From sequence record OR846119.1: DNA of 1,267 nt; one strand, given 5' to 3'. Under the pieces are notes generated by a model. It made no database searches and was not told the origin of the DNA. It saw nothing but the letters and a program-made list of their open reading frames with translations. This DNA is from a phage. Position 1 is the first letter of the stretch, and each line of letters starts with the position of its first letter. Below are positions 1 through 1,267 of the stretch, piece after piece. The position numbers and the translations under genes are program-made.

Positions 1-268
1 GGTGGGGATAGAGCGCGTAGGACTGAAACACCATACCAACGCCACGTTCTGCTGGCGGAGTGTCATTCATCCGTTTCTCACCGATGAACAGGTCGCCGCT
101 GGTGATCGTCTCAAGCCCGGCAATCATGCGCAGTAAAGTCGATTTACCGCAGCCAGACGGTCCGACAAACACCACGAATTCACCTTCATGGATATCGAGA
201 TTGATATCTTTCGATACCACGACCTCGCCCCAGGCTTTCGTTACATTTTGCAGCTGTACGCTCGCCAT
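1..268 (-). CDS. malK: Maltose/maltodextrin ABC transporter ATP-binding subunit MalK, 5' portion (N-terminal ~89 aa; continues beyond window start)
   Basis: Reverse complement from 268 reads ATG GCG AGC GTA CAG CTG CAA AAT GTA ACG = [10 protein letters not shown], continuing ...[62 protein letters not shown]. This matches my recollection of the E. coli MalK N-terminus, with an ABC Walker A motif and a Q-loop Gln at codon 82 (23..25). Open frame runs to the window edge; position 1 is a partial codon. Confidence 0.96.
137..163 (-). other. malK: Walker A / P-loop of MalK (GPSGCGKST, codons 36-44)
   Basis: Reverse complement of 137..163 encodes G-P-S-G-C-G-K-S-T, matching the GxxGxGKS/T nucleotide-binding consensus. 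Confidence 0.92.
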
Positions 269-269
269 G

Positions 270-280
270 CCCTTCTCCCT
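270..280 (-). promoter_or_regulatory. malK: Shine-Dalgarno region for malK (minus-strand AGGGAGAAGGG)
   Basis: Plus-strand CCCTTCTCCCT at 270..280 is AGGGAGAAGGG on the minus strand; the GGGAG core lies about 6 nt upstream of the ATG (complement of 266..268). Confidence 0.7.
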
Positions 281-322
281 TTGTAACAACCTGTCATCGA
301 CAGCAACATTCATGATGGGCTG

Positions 323-328
323 ACTATG
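323..328 (-). promoter_or_regulatory. Candidate malKp -10 hexamer (minus-strand CATAGT); TSS inferred near 313-317
   Basis: Reverse complement of 323..328 is CATAGT (4/6 to TATAAT). This places the MalT-box-like motif at 351..356 near -37. The inferred malKp and malEp start sites are then about 268 bp apart, close to the ~271 bp I recall from the literature. Confidence 0.4.
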
Positions 329-350
329 CGTCATCAGGAGATGGCTTAAA

Positions 351-362
351 TCCTCCACCCCC
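351..362 (-). promoter_or_regulatory. MalT-box-like motif proximal to malKp (minus-strand GGGGGTGGAGGA)
   Basis: Plus-strand TCCTCCACCCCC is GGGGGTGGAGGA on the minus strand and contains a GGAGGA core resembling the MalT box GGA(T/G)GA. Confidence 0.55.
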
Positions 363-374
363 TAGCTTTTTTAT

Positions 375-398
375 GGGGGAGGAGGCGGGAGGATGAGA
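375..398 (+). promoter_or_regulatory. Two tandem MalT-box-like motifs (GGGAGGA at 377..383 and 387..393, 10-bp period; GGATGA core at 391..396)
   Basis: GGGGGAGGAGGCGGGAGGATGAGA contains a direct repeat of GGGAGGA offset by 10 bp (one helical turn). The second copy continues into GGATGA, a canonical MalT half-box. Confidence 0.55.
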
Positions 399-408
399 AC
401 GCGGCTTC

Positions 409-424
409 TGTGAACTAAACCGAG
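409..424. promoter_or_regulatory. CRP half-site (TGTGA) with degenerate partner
   Basis: Perfect TGTGA at 409..413 but no recognisable TCACA partner at N6 spacing. Centre is 32 bp from the 441..456 site. Confidence 0.3.
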
Positions 425-440
425 GTCATGTAAGGAATTT

Positions 441-456
441 CGTGATGTTGCTTGCA
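441..456. promoter_or_regulatory. Weak CRP-like site (cGTGA-N6-TTGCA)
   Basis: Good left half-site and poor right half-site (3/5). Centre is 34 bp from the 475..490 site. Confidence 0.35.
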
Positions 457-474
457 AAAATCGTGGCGATTTTA

Positions 475-490
475 TGTGCGCATCTCCACA
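475..490. promoter_or_regulatory. CRP-like binding site (TGTGC-N6-CCACA)
   Basis: TGTGCgcatctCCACA has palindromic half-sites, each 4/5 to consensus, centred 29 bp upstream of the 504..519 site. Confidence 0.55.
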
Positions 491-503
491 TTACTGCCAA
501 TTC

Positions 504-519
504 TGTAACAGAGATCACA
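504..519. promoter_or_regulatory. CRP (cAMP receptor protein) binding site, strong match (TGTAA-N6-TCACA)
   Basis: TGTAAcagagaTCACA matches 9/10 positions of the CRP consensus TGTGA-N6-TCACA. Confidence 0.65.
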
Positions 520-529
520 CAAAGCAACG

Positions 530-556
530 GTGGGGCGTAGGGGCAAGGAGGATGGA
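530..556 (+). promoter_or_regulatory. MalT-box-like motifs proximal to malEp (GGAGGATGGA at 547..556; G-rich GGGGCGTAGGGG at 532..543)
   Basis: GGAGGA/GGATGG cores lie immediately upstream of the candidate malEp -10. The upstream G-rich element only loosely matches a second box. Confidence 0.5.
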
Positions 557-568
557 AAGAGGTTGCCG

Positions 569-574
569 TATAAA
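569..574 (+). promoter_or_regulatory. Candidate malEp -10 hexamer (TATAAA); TSS inferred near 581-585
   Basis: TATAAA at 569..574, the best -10 match upstream of malE, with no good -35, as expected for an activator-dependent promoter. A MalT-box-like motif at 547..556 would then sit near -35. Confidence 0.5.
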
Positions 575-618
575 GAAACTAGAGTCCGTTTAGGTGTTTT
601 CACGAGCACTTCACCAAC

Positions 619-623
619 AAGGA
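619..623 (+). promoter_or_regulatory. malE: Shine-Dalgarno for malE (AAGGA)
   Basis: AAGGA at 619..623, 9 nt upstream of the malE ATG at 633. Confidence 0.65.
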
Positions 624-629
624 CCATAG

Positions 630-1267
<638 letters not shown>

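Noticed and set aside
291-303. Short palindrome CTGTC-ATC-GACAG in the inferred malK 5' leader
   Set aside because: Only 5-bp arms, which is expected by chance at this length, and there is no flanking support for an operator or a stable RNA hairpin.
60-323. Track ORF, plus strand, 87 aa ([20 protein letters not shown]...)
   Set aside because: Antisense to the clearly identifiable malK coding sequence (Walker A motif on the opposite strand) and runs across the malK start into its promoter. The protein has no recognisable features. Typical shadow ORF.
352-385. Possible rho-independent terminator (GC-rich stem with T-rich loop)
   Set aside because: The T-rich stretch is in the loop rather than a 3' U-tract after the stem on either strand, and no gene ends upstream in either direction. 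Better explained as inverted MalT-box-like motifs.

Overview
This window is the well-characterised divergent maltose-regulon control region of Escherichia coli (or a very close enteric relative), and I see no evidence of a novel or undescribed system in it. On the minus strand, 1..268 encodes the N-terminal 89 codons of MalK, the maltose ABC-transporter ATPase (start codon complement at 266..268, Walker [10 protein letters not shown] at 137..163). On the plus strand, 633..1267 encodes the first 211 codons of MalE, the periplasmic maltose-binding protein, including its 26-residue signal peptide. The 364-bp intergenic region (269..632) carries the expected divergent malKp/malEp architecture: MalT-box-like GGA(G/T)GA motifs next to each promoter and a central row of four CRP-like half-site pairs spaced about three helical turns apart. 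All four complete ORFs in the supplied track are antisense or out-of-frame artefacts overlapping the real genes; the two real genes are absent from the track because both run off the window edges. Exact transcription start sites and individual regulator-site assignments are inferred from motif reading and recalled literature, not computed.
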